64,000 bases of DNA, from positions 28,086,001 to 28,150,000 of the forward strand of contig NC_043009.1 of assembly GCF_006345805.1 (NCBI RefSeq). The letters are read 5' to 3'. Positions 27,116 through 39,362 of the stretch are shown piece after piece. Each line of letters opens with the position of its first letter. The first letter of the stretch is position 1. The notes beneath the pieces are model-generated. The model ran no database searches. It saw nothing but the letters and a program-made list of their open reading frames with translations, and was not told where the DNA came from. The position numbers and the translations under genes were made by a program. The stretch comes from Octopus sinensis. Its lineage: Eukaryota.

Positions 27116-29059
27116 AATTCACAACCGACTTACAAGAGAAAATGGACGTTCTTTAAACTATTGAACATTTCAACTGTGATTGAGTGGAATTGAGGGGTAA
27201 ATGTAGTGAGAGGCTGTCAAAGGTAGAAGAATGATAAAGGAGTCAGAGAGAAGGTAAAGGAGAGTGGGTGATGACTGGCAGTGCAGAAAGTGGGAGGGGG
27301 ATAAATTAGGAGAATACTACTAATAATAATGAATACAAATTTTGGCACAAAGAGGAGAGGATTGAAAAGTAAAATTGACCTTGATGGGATTTGAAATCAG
27401 AACTTAAAGCACCAGAAGAAATGCTGCTAAGTATTCTCTCTTATGCACTAACAATTCTTTCAGTTTCATGCCTTAATAATAATAACAATAATACAGTAAG
27501 CAAAGAAAGGAGGAGAGAAAGGGAAATGATAAATATGTAGGTAGGTTGCAAGAGTGTGAGAAGAGAGAGATCAAGGTAGTGTACGTGGGAGAGTGAGAAA
27601 TGTACAATGGTGGAGAAGGAAAGATAATTTGGTAGCACAGAAGATGATCAATGTAAAATGTGAGTGGAGAGGGACAATGTTAAGAATGAAGGAGGAATGT
27701 CAAGGGAATTGGTTGCAGGTAGTATAAAAGATAACAAGTATCACAGAAAAGGATGATGAAATATGCAATTCAGCTCTCAATTAGTCACAACTACAGAATA
27801 CTGTAATTAGGTAAGTGACATGTACTACTAACTCACATTGTCTTTCTGTATACTGACTGACTTAATAATTTGGCTACATTCCATTCCAATACTATAGCAC
27901 CATTTGTACCATATTTTATCGTGAGTATTGCAAATGTGTTAATGGTGCATATAATATTCTCATAATTGGGATGAGTTTGATTGTCAACATATTCATTTTT
28001 CATTTGGATTCACACACATGGTTTCAAATACTTACTCACGTATTTAGAGAATGCAAACTTATTCATTTCCTATATTATCTCCCTTTTCATAGAGCTTCCA
28101 AAAAAATCTGTTTGACTCACCATTTTACCTTGCTATACTGACATCTTGCTCTATTTCTTCAGTCTGAAGACCTCTTGTTGTTCTTACTAAATCACTTTTG
28201 TGAAGAGACTCTCTAACAGGGGACTATTTCTTGTGTGCAAAGTTGGAGGTATTTTTTTCTTATTTATTTCCGCCTTTAGTGTAAACAGACATGACTTGTC
28301 TGCACTTTCGCAGCTGAAGTATTTTATCCAAGAATGGATTATTAGCTGCATTGTCTTGGATACTGAATTTTAGTAAGGATAAAATGTGTTTAGATCTTTA
28401 TGCATGCATATATATATATATATATATATTCAACAATATAAGGAATGGCCCTGATAGGCCATTCGACTCACTAGAAAGAGCAGCCAAACTCAAACCGCTA
28501 AATAGTTGTAATTCTGAAATTGGAAGAGAAATAAAAACATTTACCCTTCTCATCTCTGGACTATGCTTAATTTCGACAAACTTTGGTAAACAAATTAATT
28601 AAATTAAATTAAATTTGCTTACAACTGGCGTGTCTTGTCAGCAGAGAAGCCGAGGACGAGAATATGTCCACGAGGTGACAGCAAGGAAGCCTCAAGCCTA
28701 TATGCTCTAAATTTTCAAAATCCACCGTCACCGTGCGGTTTTCTCAGCAGCAAATATAAACTGCTGATTTAATTTCAAAATTAGCTAAAAAATCATTAAT
28801 TATTTATTAATATTATTAATATATATATATATGTGTATGAGTGTGTATTTGTACACATATGTATATATGTGTGTATGTGTGTATGGTAGTGTGTGCACCA
28901 TGTATATATGTGTATGCACACGTATATATATGTGTATATGTGTGTGTACACATATGTATATATATGTGTATGTATAGTGTGTATACATACACACACACGC
29001 ATGTATGTACATGTATATGAAATAAAATTCGAGAGTAGATTCTGAAGTAATTAAATTAT

Positions 29060-29149
29060 GTCATCTTACACGTGTTTCAGAGAAGATTATGGTTGAATTA
29101 TATAACCCGTTCCAAGTGTACTCTCTAAATCCTCTCTTCATCAGAGACT
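29060..29149 (-). ncRNA. Type I hammerhead ribozyme with intact core
   Basis: Minus strand: agtct-CTGATGA-agagaggatt...aatcttctct-GAAAC-ACGT-GTA-agat; 10-bp stem II, palindromic stem III, predicted cleavage after GUA (29067). Confidence 0.75.
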
Positions 29150-29631
29150 AGAATTTGGCCTTAATTTTAACAGAATCACATGTTAGATGATGTTACTAAA
29201 TTGTTCCATCATCTACATCCCATTTTTGTTTTCTTTATGTGTACTCTGTGATCTTTGTAACTATGGAGAACATTGTAAAGTAACTTTGATGATAAGACAC
29301 GAATTCTCCTCACAGCTTTGTCTTTTCATGTAAAAGGATGCAAATATAGATATATGTGTGTGTTTGTGTTCGTTTTATGTCATCTTTAATGCTATCATGT
29401 GTCAGATGAATATGTATTATAGAAGCATTGATTTACAGTTAGACACACCTATTTTTCATGTAAGAAATATTTTATTGTATACATCTTAGAAAGTGCAGAG
29501 CTAGCAGACGATTTGTTGACATGGAATTATCAATAAACATCAGCATTTATTGCTCAGTCTTGTTTTCCTGTTAAGTGCAAAATGTAAACTTTCTGCCTGA
29601 CACACTTGTGCATGTACACACGTAAATGTAA

Positions 29632-29694
<63 letters not shown>

Positions 29695-29832
29695 CGTGTG
29701 TGTGTGCATGTGTGTGTATGTGTATATATATAAAAAATTAATCCAAATATGAAAACACGAGAAAACACAATGTGAGAACGTGGAACATGTGTAATGTTAT
29801 TGGAGACTCAGGAAAGGAAAGAAAGAAGGGGG

Positions 29833-29867
29833 ATTTAACGCTTCGAGTAGAGCTCTTCATCAGAAAC
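29833..29867 (-). ncRNA. Minimal HHR, mutated (GAAGC for GAAAC)
   Basis: Minus strand: gttt-CTGATGAA-gag(ctcta)ctc-GAAGC-GTT-aaat. Confidence 0.5.
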
Positions 29868-30071
29868 ATAGGAAAAGGAAAGATCCAAGGAAGGGAAGAC
29901 GGAGGAAAAAAATCACCAATGATGCACATGCAGTCACATATCTAGAATGGATAATAAAATGAATGGTTTACACCTGGTACCTTACTGGCACATCATCTGG
30001 TTGCCATTTCCAAATTTAATTTGTCTCATTACAACTACAGCCTATATATATATGTATATATATGTATATAT

Positions 30072-30102
<31 letters not shown>

Positions 30103-30442
30103 GTTGTTTGTTTTTATGTTATACTAAAAACAGCTTTACATTAAACTGAAGGATTACTCAATACATTTGCTAGAGTAAAAATTTGTTATATTTGGTTTTG
30201 ACAGTGATTTTGATGTTGCAGCCAGCTAAGCCACCATCAGACTATCTTACGATGGTAAGATTATTATTTTTATAACATAAGAATGCACACTCAAACACAC
30301 ACACACACACACACACACATATAGTTTATAGATTAGAGACAGCTAGTGCTCAAAAGATTTAAACTTGAACTGGTAGAGGAGTAAATGTAAGGATAACTTG
30401 TCCTAACATTTACTTGTGTATATATATATATATATATATATC

Positions 30443-30628
30443 ATCATCATCATCGTTTAACGTCCGTTTTCCGCACTAGCACGAGTTGGACGGTTCGACC
30501 GGGGTCTGGGAAGCCAGGGGCTGCACCAGGCTCCAGTCTGATCTGGCAGAGTTTCTACAGCTGGATGCCCTTCCTAACGCCAACAACTCCGCGAGTGTAG
30601 TGGGTGCTTTTTACGTGCCACCTGCACA
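30443..30628 (-). mobile_element. RTE-tail repeat, family C
   Basis: Reverse complement of the 23022 element; CpG-rich, so probably young. Confidence 0.8.
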
Positions 30629-30673
<45 letters not shown>

Positions 30674-30676
30674 TTG

Positions 30677-31041
30677 TTAAACAGGACATCAAACATTAAG
30701 GCAAGGCAAACATCTCAAGTTGTATACAATATTATAATTGGAAGAAATTCAAAATCTTACAGCTGTTTCTGGGATATCCCTGAGAATGGGATATTCCATC
30801 ATCAGAAGCAAATAGGGGAAAAAACAGGGAAAATGAGAATGGTATATATTAATGTTGTCATCTTATTGATATATACCATTCTCATTTTCCCTATTTTACC
30901 CGCTATTTGTCTCTGATAATGGAATATCCCATTCTCGGGGATATCCCAGAAACAGCTGTAAGATTTTGAATTTCTTCCAATAATAATATTGTATACAACT
31001 TGAGATGTTTGCCTTGCCTTAATGTTTACTGTCCTGTTTAA
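30677..31041. mobile_element. Near-perfect 365-bp palindrome (foldback/MITE) bounded by TTAA
   Basis: ttaaacaggaca...(~177-bp arm)...gttgtcatctt loop...tgtcctgtttaa; the arms pair along almost their whole length; (TA)n on both sides. Confidence 0.9.
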
Positions 31042-31042
31042 G

Positions 31043-31081
<39 letters not shown>

Positions 31082-31098
31082 TATACATACATATGTAC

Positions 31099-31131
<33 letters not shown>

Positions 31132-31202
31132 TGTATTGCATATGTGTATGTATGTATGTGTACATACATACATATATGCAATACATACATACATATATGT
31201 AC

Positions 31203-31284
<82 letters not shown>

Positions 31285-31321
31285 GTACATAAATGTATGT
31301 ATGTATGTATATATGTATGTG

Positions 31322-32512
31322 TAAGGGTGTGTAAGGTATTTGAGGACACATTTTTTGGGTCATTGCTGCAATTTTTGCCAAGCTCTGTATAATCCTTGTT
31401 TCAGAAAATAATAATTGCAGACCTCTTAGCTTACTCAAGAAATGAAAAGGTGTGCTGTTATTGTTGTCATAGTGATTTTAAAATATCTCGATTTTTAAAA
31501 GTTGCTAGGTTTTTTTTTTACAAAGATGGAAATGTATCACAAAGCATAAAAAAGCATTCTAAATGCTCTGAAATCATGAGAACACCTGAATTTATCTAGA
31601 AAGTTTGACAGACCATTGATTACAATCCCAGAAAGTCCATGAGGTCAATTGCAAAAGATCACCATGTGTCAGAAGGAACAGTCAGAAATGTTGTCCACAA
31701 AGATAACAGATATCAGTCTTATGTGATGAGGAAAGGTCAATTTGTCAGAAAAAGCAAAAGAAAATCACTACATCAGATCTAAAAGGCTCTTAAACAAACT
31801 GAAAAATCCAGCAGAAGATTTGATTTGTTTTTTCTCAAATGAGAAAAACTTCGACCAAGATCAAAAAGTTAACAAAAGAAATGACAGATGGTTATGTGCA
31901 GACCCTTCTGAAGTTCCAAGTGTTAATTATACAAAATCTCCTGCAATTGTCATGATTTTAGTGGTTGTCAGCAATGAAGGATATGTGATGCCATCTTACT
32001 TCTTTCCACAAGGCCTTAGAGTTAACTCTGCCACCTACATTGAGGTCCTGGACATAACTGTTGAACTCTGGATAGACAGTGCAGTGTATGCAATGGAAAG
32101 CCATATATGTTTCAGTAAGACTGCACTATCACACATGGCTCTACTAACACAAGAATGGATGGCTGAAAATTTTCATGATCACATAACCCCTAACATTTGG
32201 CCTCCTAATTTCCCAGATATCAATTCACTGGACTATTACATGTGAAGCATTGTTGAGAGAGAAGTCAATGAACACAACCATAACATCAAAGATTCTTTGA
32301 AAGCTGCCATAGTGAGAGTAATGTCCAAAATGAACCAGGACCACTTGATCTCAGTTGTTGAAGCTGAAGGTGGCTTTATTTAATAACATTAGAGAAAAGG
32401 TTTATTTTTATTCTCTTAGCATTTTTTATAAATAAAATTATTATCCATTATTATATATCTGTTTTTTATTTATAAAAATAGATCTGCCCTCAAATATCTT
32501 GTGCACCCTGTA
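31322..32512 (+). mobile_element. Tc1/mariner transposon of maT/DD37D-like type, decayed
   Basis: Diverged TIRs taagggtgtgtaaggtatttgaggaca / tgccctcaaatatcttgtgcaccctgta. Confidence 0.85.
31430..32380 (+). pseudogene. maT/DD37D-like transposase pseudogene
   Basis: KSMRSIAKDHHVSEGTVR (HTH), FFSNEKNFDQDQKVNKRNDRW, WPPNFPDINSLDYYM; stops and frameshifts present. Confidence 0.85.
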
Positions 32513-32719
32513 CATATATATGTATACACACACACAGTTTTATAGATAGACATTCATATAATAAACATGTGAATGCATACACATGTATAAACAAACATAT
32601 TTTCACTTGAGAATTTGTTAGCAAGAAGCTCTGCATTGTGGCTTATACAGAATGAAATATGAGTGACAATTCTTAGATGTAAATATGTGAAGGCATTTGG
32701 GTAAAGAAGGATCAAACAA

Positions 32720-33090
32720 TTCAAAGAATTTTAGACCACCCAATGGTTGTTGAACCTAGTTCATGCTCTTTTATTATATACAACCAAAGAGGCTGTAGTT
32801 GCAATGAGACAAACCAAATTTGGAAATGACAACCAGATGTCCCATTGTCTTGAAACATTTTGAGACATATTCTTGTGAGGAGGGAACTTATTGTCTTTGT
32901 GTTGTTCCAACTTTTTTTAGATTACACTGTTTTAATGAAATTCATGATGGGGTCACCAGACTGACACTCTTTAAGAATTTTGATGAGGCACGAAAATCCT
33001 TCATCAAATGCTCACATCCAGGCATATGGCAGATTTGTCTTTTTATTATACTTTTGCATCATCCACATTTTGTTACCAACATTCTTGATG
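32720..33090 (-). pseudogene. Highly decayed R4/Dong-like reverse transcriptase fragment
   Basis: Minus strand: KKTNLPYAWM*AFD...PIMNFIK...KMFQDNGTS, resembling AWIDYxKAFDS...GIFQGDSLS. Confidence 0.4.
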
Positions 33091-33094
33091 CTGT

Positions 33095-33169
33095 AGTTGT
33101 TGTTGTTGTTGTTGTTGCTGCTGCTGCTGCTGTTGTTGTTGTTGTTGTTGGTTGTTGTTGTTGTTGTTG

Positions 33170-33208
<39 letters not shown>

Positions 33209-33220
33209 TTGTTGTTGTGA
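33095..33220. repeat. (TTG)n/(CTG)n compound trinucleotide
   Basis: Directly visible. Confidence 0.95.
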
Positions 33221-33577
33221 AAATATGGTTGGCTGTGACAAAAATGGTTAGGGTGAATGAACCCACTCTAAGCATGCATCTGTTGATCAGAAAAAACCCT
33301 TCAATATTTGGGTGAGGGTTCATGTTTTCCTGGTCAGAGAAATTCTGGATCTGTGGAGTTCCTTCATTGGCTATAGTTGGAGCTTTCCCGGCATCAGGAG
33401 GACTTCATCATCAACAGGTTCATCACCTACTTTGTATGATTTTATCTCATTTCTTTCCCTTCATCTTTTATATAAACTTGCACAAACTGTAGACTAGCCT
33501 TGAAATGTTCCTCTCATGTATGCCCTTGTGGCAAATAAAAGAAATTCTTCTTATTATTATTAGTATAATCATTATCA

Positions 33578-33625
<48 letters not shown>

Positions 33626-33759
33626 TATTATTATATCTTTCCAATCATTTTGTTCAGAAGGTTTGTTGTTGAAATATAATTTTGATTATTCTCATAGCTC
33701 TTTATTTTATTTTAATTTTTCTCTTTTATCTATTCCTATCATCATCATCATCATCATCA

Positions 33760-33808
<49 letters not shown>

Positions 33809-34629
33809 TATTATTATTATTTATTTTCTCCCCAAAGATATATTACACAATATCATTAAACAGATTTAGATGAATAACTAATCAAAAATGTAAAACCACC
33901 CAGCCTCTTTCTAGATGAAAATAAAACCAAACCAAAACAAGTAAACAACCAAACAAATACAGAAATAAAAATAAAAATAAAAATAGAATAAAATAAAATA
34001 AAGCATAATAAAAATAAAATAAAATGAAATAAAATGAAATCAAAAATAAGATAAAATACAAAGACAAAATTCTAATTTACAGCTTTTACTTAAATCAAAG
34101 AATATTTAATCCATATCTAAATTCTATTTTATTGATAATTGCTTTACTCATGATTTAATTTTAATTATATCTATTTATTTGGAGATGGAATTTACAGTTT
34201 TTTTTCCTTTTGTTTGCGTGTATTTATTTTTGTTTATTTCTTTAAGTTTTTCTCTCTCAATTTTCATTTTCTTGCGATTCTACACCGAACAGCTTTGGCA
34301 TTTCTTTATCTTGTCTTCTAATTCTTTTCAATTCATTTTCTTTACTTATGGGAGGCGGGTGGAGAAGAAGAAGAAGAAGAAGAAGAAGAAGACCACTAAC
34401 AACAATAACAACCAAAGAAATTAACAATACAAATGCATAATAAATACAAACAAAAAACATACATAAATCAACTAATTAAATTAAAGCAAATACAGACTCG
34501 TTTTCTCTCAACGAGAATATAGTGAGATTAATTTGAAATGCTAATCTATTATTGAGAAACCTAAGTCTCTGATAGAATTATATATTGTGAAAAAGGCGCC
34601 AAGCTAAAGCAGACCTCAGTATGATATAA

Positions 34630-34685
<56 letters not shown>

Positions 34686-34777
34686 TTTATAACAATAATA
34701 TCAACAACAATGATAATAAAAATTACAATATTATTAGAAACTTGCATAAAACTGCTAATAAGGTGATGTTAATGAAC

Positions 34778-34815
<38 letters not shown>

Positions 34816-34904
34816 AGTAATAATAATAATAATAGTAATAGTAATAATAATAATAATAATATAATAATAATAATAATAATAATGACACAAGGCCCACAAT
34901 ATTG

Positions 34905-35343
34905 GGGAGGGGTTAAGTCAATTACATCGACTCCAGTACATAACTAGTACTAATTTTATCCACCTTGAAAGGATGAAAGGCTAAGCTGACCTTGGCAGAA
35001 TCTGAACTCTGAACATAAAAGTAAAGGAAATGATGCTAAGCAGTTTGCCTAGTGTGTTAATGTTTATGCCATCTTACCACCTTAATAAAAATGACCTTTT
35101 CTACTATAGGCACAAGGCCTGAAATTTGGGGGAGGAACTAAGTTGATTACCTCGGCCCCAGTATTCAACTGGTACTTATTCTATTAACACCCCACCCCAT
35201 AAAAAAAGATGAAAGATAATTTCGACCTCAGTGGAATTTGAACTCAGAACGTAAAGACAGATGAAATACTGCTAAGGATTTTGCCCGGCATGGTAATGAT
35301 TTCACTAGCTTGCCAATAATAATAATAAATAATAATAATAATG

Positions 35344-35374
<31 letters not shown>

Positions 35375-35409
35375 TAATAATAATAATAATAATATAATAA
35401 TAATAATAA

Positions 35410-35440
<31 letters not shown>

Positions 35441-35486
35441 CGTGGTTTTAGTAGTAACAGTAATGATCATAATAATAATAATAATG

Positions 35487-35529
<43 letters not shown>

Positions 35530-35709
35530 TAATTATTATTATTATTTCAAATTTTGACACAAGGCTAGTAATTTCGAGATTAACAAGTACTTATTTTTAT
35601 GCCCAAAAGGATGAAAGTCAAAATCAATAATAATAATAATAATAATAATGATAATAATAATAACAATAATCGTTTAATGTCCACTTTCCATGCTGGCCAT
35701 GACAGCAAT

Positions 35710-35751
<42 letters not shown>

Positions 35752-35965
35752 GTAATAACAGCAACAATAGTTTCAAATTTTGGCACATAGCGTGGTGCGT
35801 TTTTGAGGGGAGGGGGATATTGATTATAATGGTCTTAATGCTTTGCTGGTATTTTGTTTTACTGACCCGGAAAGAATAAAAAGCAAAATTTGACCTCGGT
35901 TGCATTTGAACGTGGAACATAAAGCTGGATATCCAACATGTAAATGACTCTGCCAACTTGCTGCA
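34905..35965 (-). mobile_element. Array of ~4 family B SINE monomers separated by (TAA)n
   Basis: Repeated cacaaggcc...cagta...gatgaaag...gaactcagaac units. Confidence 0.8.
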
Positions 35966-35990
35966 ATTATAATAATAATAATAATAATAA

Positions 35991-36046
<56 letters not shown>

Positions 36047-36421
36047 TGATATCATTAGACAGTTGTATGAAACTGAAAAATTTGATGATGATGATGACTA
36101 TGATAATGATTGTGATGATGATAATAATGATGATGATGATAACAACAACAACAACAACAACAATAGATAATATTTATAGGCACTGAAGCATCAATGAAAA
36201 CAAGCTGCAGCAAACAGAATTCAATTGAAAATGTAATTATGAAGAAATTAATTGATATAACGTCTAATTACAGGGTGTATTTAAAACTGGTCGTTTTTAA
36301 TATGCAACCAATTGTTGCATCTCATCTATTATTCTTTTAAAAGTTATATATTCATTTTATGCGGGCTAACTGGAGTGATAATTTTTCTGTCTGCTGATCG
36401 GAGTGAGAGCAATTATTATTA

Positions 36422-36469
<48 letters not shown>

Positions 36470-36476
<7 letters not shown>

Positions 36477-37382
36477 GGTGAGCACATGAGATGATAAAAT
36501 GCTTAGCAATATGTCTTTGAGATCTTTACATTCTGAGTTCATATTCTGCCGAGGTAGACTTAGCATTTCATCCTTTTTTGGGTTGATAAAAAAAAGTACC
36601 AGCTGGGCACTGAGGGGACAATATAATCGATTTACCTCCTACCTCGAACTTGCACCAAAATTTGAAACCGTTATCATTGAGCTGGTAGAATCATTAGCAC
36701 ACTGAGTGAAGTGCTTAGTGGTATTTTGTCTGTTGCTACGTTCTGAGTTCAAATTCTGCTGAGGTTGACTTTGCCTTTAATTCTTTTGGGGCTGATAAAT
36801 TAAGTACCGGTGAAACACTGGGGTCGATGTAATCAACTAGTCCCCTCCCTCCAAATTTCAGCACTTGTGCCTTTTGTAGCAAAGATTTCCATTATCATTA
36901 TTAAGATGGCGAACTTGCAGACTCGTTAGCATGCTGGGCTAAATGCTTAATGGTATTTTGCCTGTTGCTACGTTCTGAGTTCAAATTCTGCCATGGTTGA
37001 CTTTGCTTTTCATCCTTTCAGGGTGACAAATTAAGTACCAGTTGAACACTGGGGTCGATGTAATTGAAACATACCCTTCCCCCAAAGTGACTGCCCATGG
37101 GGTAAAATTTGAAACCATTATTATTATTATTATTATTGTTGTTGTTGTTGTTGTTGCTGTTATTAAAGCAGTGAGCTGGCAGAACTGTTAGCATGTTGGA
37201 CGAAATGCTTAGCAGTATTTAACCTGTCATTACATTTTGAGTTCAAATTCCAATGAGGTCAACTTTGCCTTTCATCCTTTCAGGGTTGATAAATTAAGTA
37301 CCAGTGAAACACTGGGGTCGATGTAATCGATTAGTGCCCTCCTTCCCAAATTTGAGGCATGTGCCTCCAGTAGAAAGGATTA
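36470..37382 (+). mobile_element. Head-to-tail array of 4 family B SINE monomers
   Basis: Units start gagctggcagaa.cgttagca and end in short (ATT)n. Confidence 0.85.
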
Positions 37383-37406
37383 TTATTATTATTATTATTA
37401 TTATTA

Positions 37407-38781
37407 CTTTTTTTTTCTTCTTTCAAATTTGCTTCCATTTCTTGCCGAGTGTCTTCCCGACTCCTAGGACAAAGAAACTCATAGTATACATTGGTAGGCC
37501 ATTAATCCAAACTCAGTAGTTCGTTCATTTTTTTTTTTTTTTTTAAAGTTAAATTAAAATACATGAGCAGCAACAGTTCTCACATCGACAATGCTCTTCT
37601 CAATATGTGTGATGTACCAGTTAAGACAATCTTTTGCACTTCTTGCAGGGATGGTAAGCCAGGGATCATTCTCATATAATTTTCGGTTCCCTTCTTGATC
37701 ATTCCTAGTGCTCCTACGATCACTGGTATTGTAACCGCCTTGAGATGCCACATTTTCTCAATTTCAATGAGTAGGTCTTTATATTTTCTGAGCTTGTCAA
37801 ACTCTTTCGCTGAGATATTATGATCACAGGGGATGCTCATGTCGATCAATAAGCAAACTTTATTGTTTTGGTCTTTCACAACAATATCTGGTTTATTGGC
37901 CTTGATGGTTCGGTCTGTATGTACTGGAAAGTCCCACAGAATGGTTACATTTTCTCCTTCAGTTACAGCCTCAGGGTGGTGATTATACCACTTGTCGGCA
38001 ATTTTGATATTGTAATGCCGACTTATTAGCCAGTGGAGATATTGGCCAACTCTGTCATGTCTTAATTTATACTCCACTGGTGCTAAGACTTTACATCCAG
38101 AGATTAGGTGGTCCACTGTTTCAATCATGTCGTTGCAGAATCGGCATTTTGGGTCTGCTCCATTTTTCATCACATTGGCCTGGTAGTTCCGGGTTAATAG
38201 GCTTTGATCTTGAGCAGCCAGGATGAAACCTTCACTCTCTGCTTTTAGCCCTGAGCTCCGTAGCCACTGATGGGTTTGCTTCTGGTCAACATCAGCTTGT
38301 TTGCTGCGGGTCACATATTTACCGTGCAGAGGTTTCTCCTCCCACCTATCAGCCAATTGCTCGTGCGCTTTTTTCATTGCCATCATTTTCACCTTCTTTG
38401 CAACAATAGTTGCCGTACTTCCCTCAGGTTGTTCAGTTTGGGTATCCTGCACGAGATCAATAGCAAATTTTTTGCTTTCCTTGATGATAGAATGAAGCTT
38501 CTTTCGTCTCTCGTGATTTTCCACGAGCTTTAGCATCCAGTCATTCGTATTTTGAGATATTTGGCCAGTCCAATTGTGGTTGTTTTGTAAGCTAGTTCAA
38601 ATTGGATCAGGCCTCGACCTCCTTGGGCTCTGGGAAGGTAAAGGCGATCTACGTCTGCCTTTGGGTGGTGCATCCTATTACAACTCAGCAGCTTGCGTAT
38701 TTTTCTATCTATATTCTTTACTTCACTCATATTCCAGTTCAACACATTGTAGCTATAAGTAACAACTGGAACTGCTAAGGA

Positions 38782-38785
<4 letters not shown>
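37407..38785 (-). mobile_element. 5'-truncated R4/Dong-type non-LTR retrotransposon inserted in (TAA)n
   Basis: ORF end plus ~170-bp 3'UTR; (TAA)n directly abuts both junctions. Confidence 0.9.
37580..38785 (-). pseudogene. R4/Dong ORF C-terminus: RT thumb, CCHC knuckle, restriction-like endonuclease
   Basis: HHPKADVDRLYLPRAQGGRGL; CRFC..ETVDHLISGC; RHDRVG; KPDIVVKD..LLIDMSIP..KLRKY; one frameshift near 38545. Confidence 0.9.
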
Positions 38786-38824
<39 letters not shown>

Positions 38825-39101
38825 ATTATTATTATTATTATCATTATTATTGTTATTGTTGTTATTATTATCTATTTATTTATTGCCCACAAGGGGCTAA
38901 ACGTGGAGGGGACAAACAAGGTCAGACGAAGGAATTAATTTGATTACATCGACCCGAGTGTGTAACTGGTACTTATTTAATTGAACTCGAAAGGATGAAA
39001 GGCAAGGTCGACCCTGGTGGAATTTGAACTCAGAATGTAGTGGTAGATAAAGTACCGCTAAGCACTTTACCCGGTGTGCTCACAATTCTGCCAGCTTGCC
39101 A

Positions 39102-39187
<86 letters not shown>

Positions 39188-39189
<2 letters not shown>

Positions 39190-39362
39190 CATTATTCATC
39201 ATTTAACGTCTGTTTTCCGAGCTGGCAAGGGATGGATGGTTCTACTGGGGTCTGGAAAGCCAGGAGGCTGCACCAGGCCCCAATCTTATCTGGCAGTGTT
39301 TCTACAGCTGGATGCCCTTCCTAATGCCAACCACTCTGGGAGTGTAGTGGGTGCTTTTTATT
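39188..39362 (-). mobile_element. RTE-tail repeat, family C
   Basis: Reverse complement of the shared tail. Confidence 0.75.

Noticed and set aside
33012-33323. PolyQ/polyT/polyA ORFs
   Set aside because: (TTG)n(CTG)n microsatellite lying within a decayed retroelement.
36470-37382. CRISPR-like regular repeat-spacer appearance of SINE arrays
   Set aside because: Units are ~200-bp diverged SINEs with microsatellite linkers in a eukaryotic context; no cas genes.
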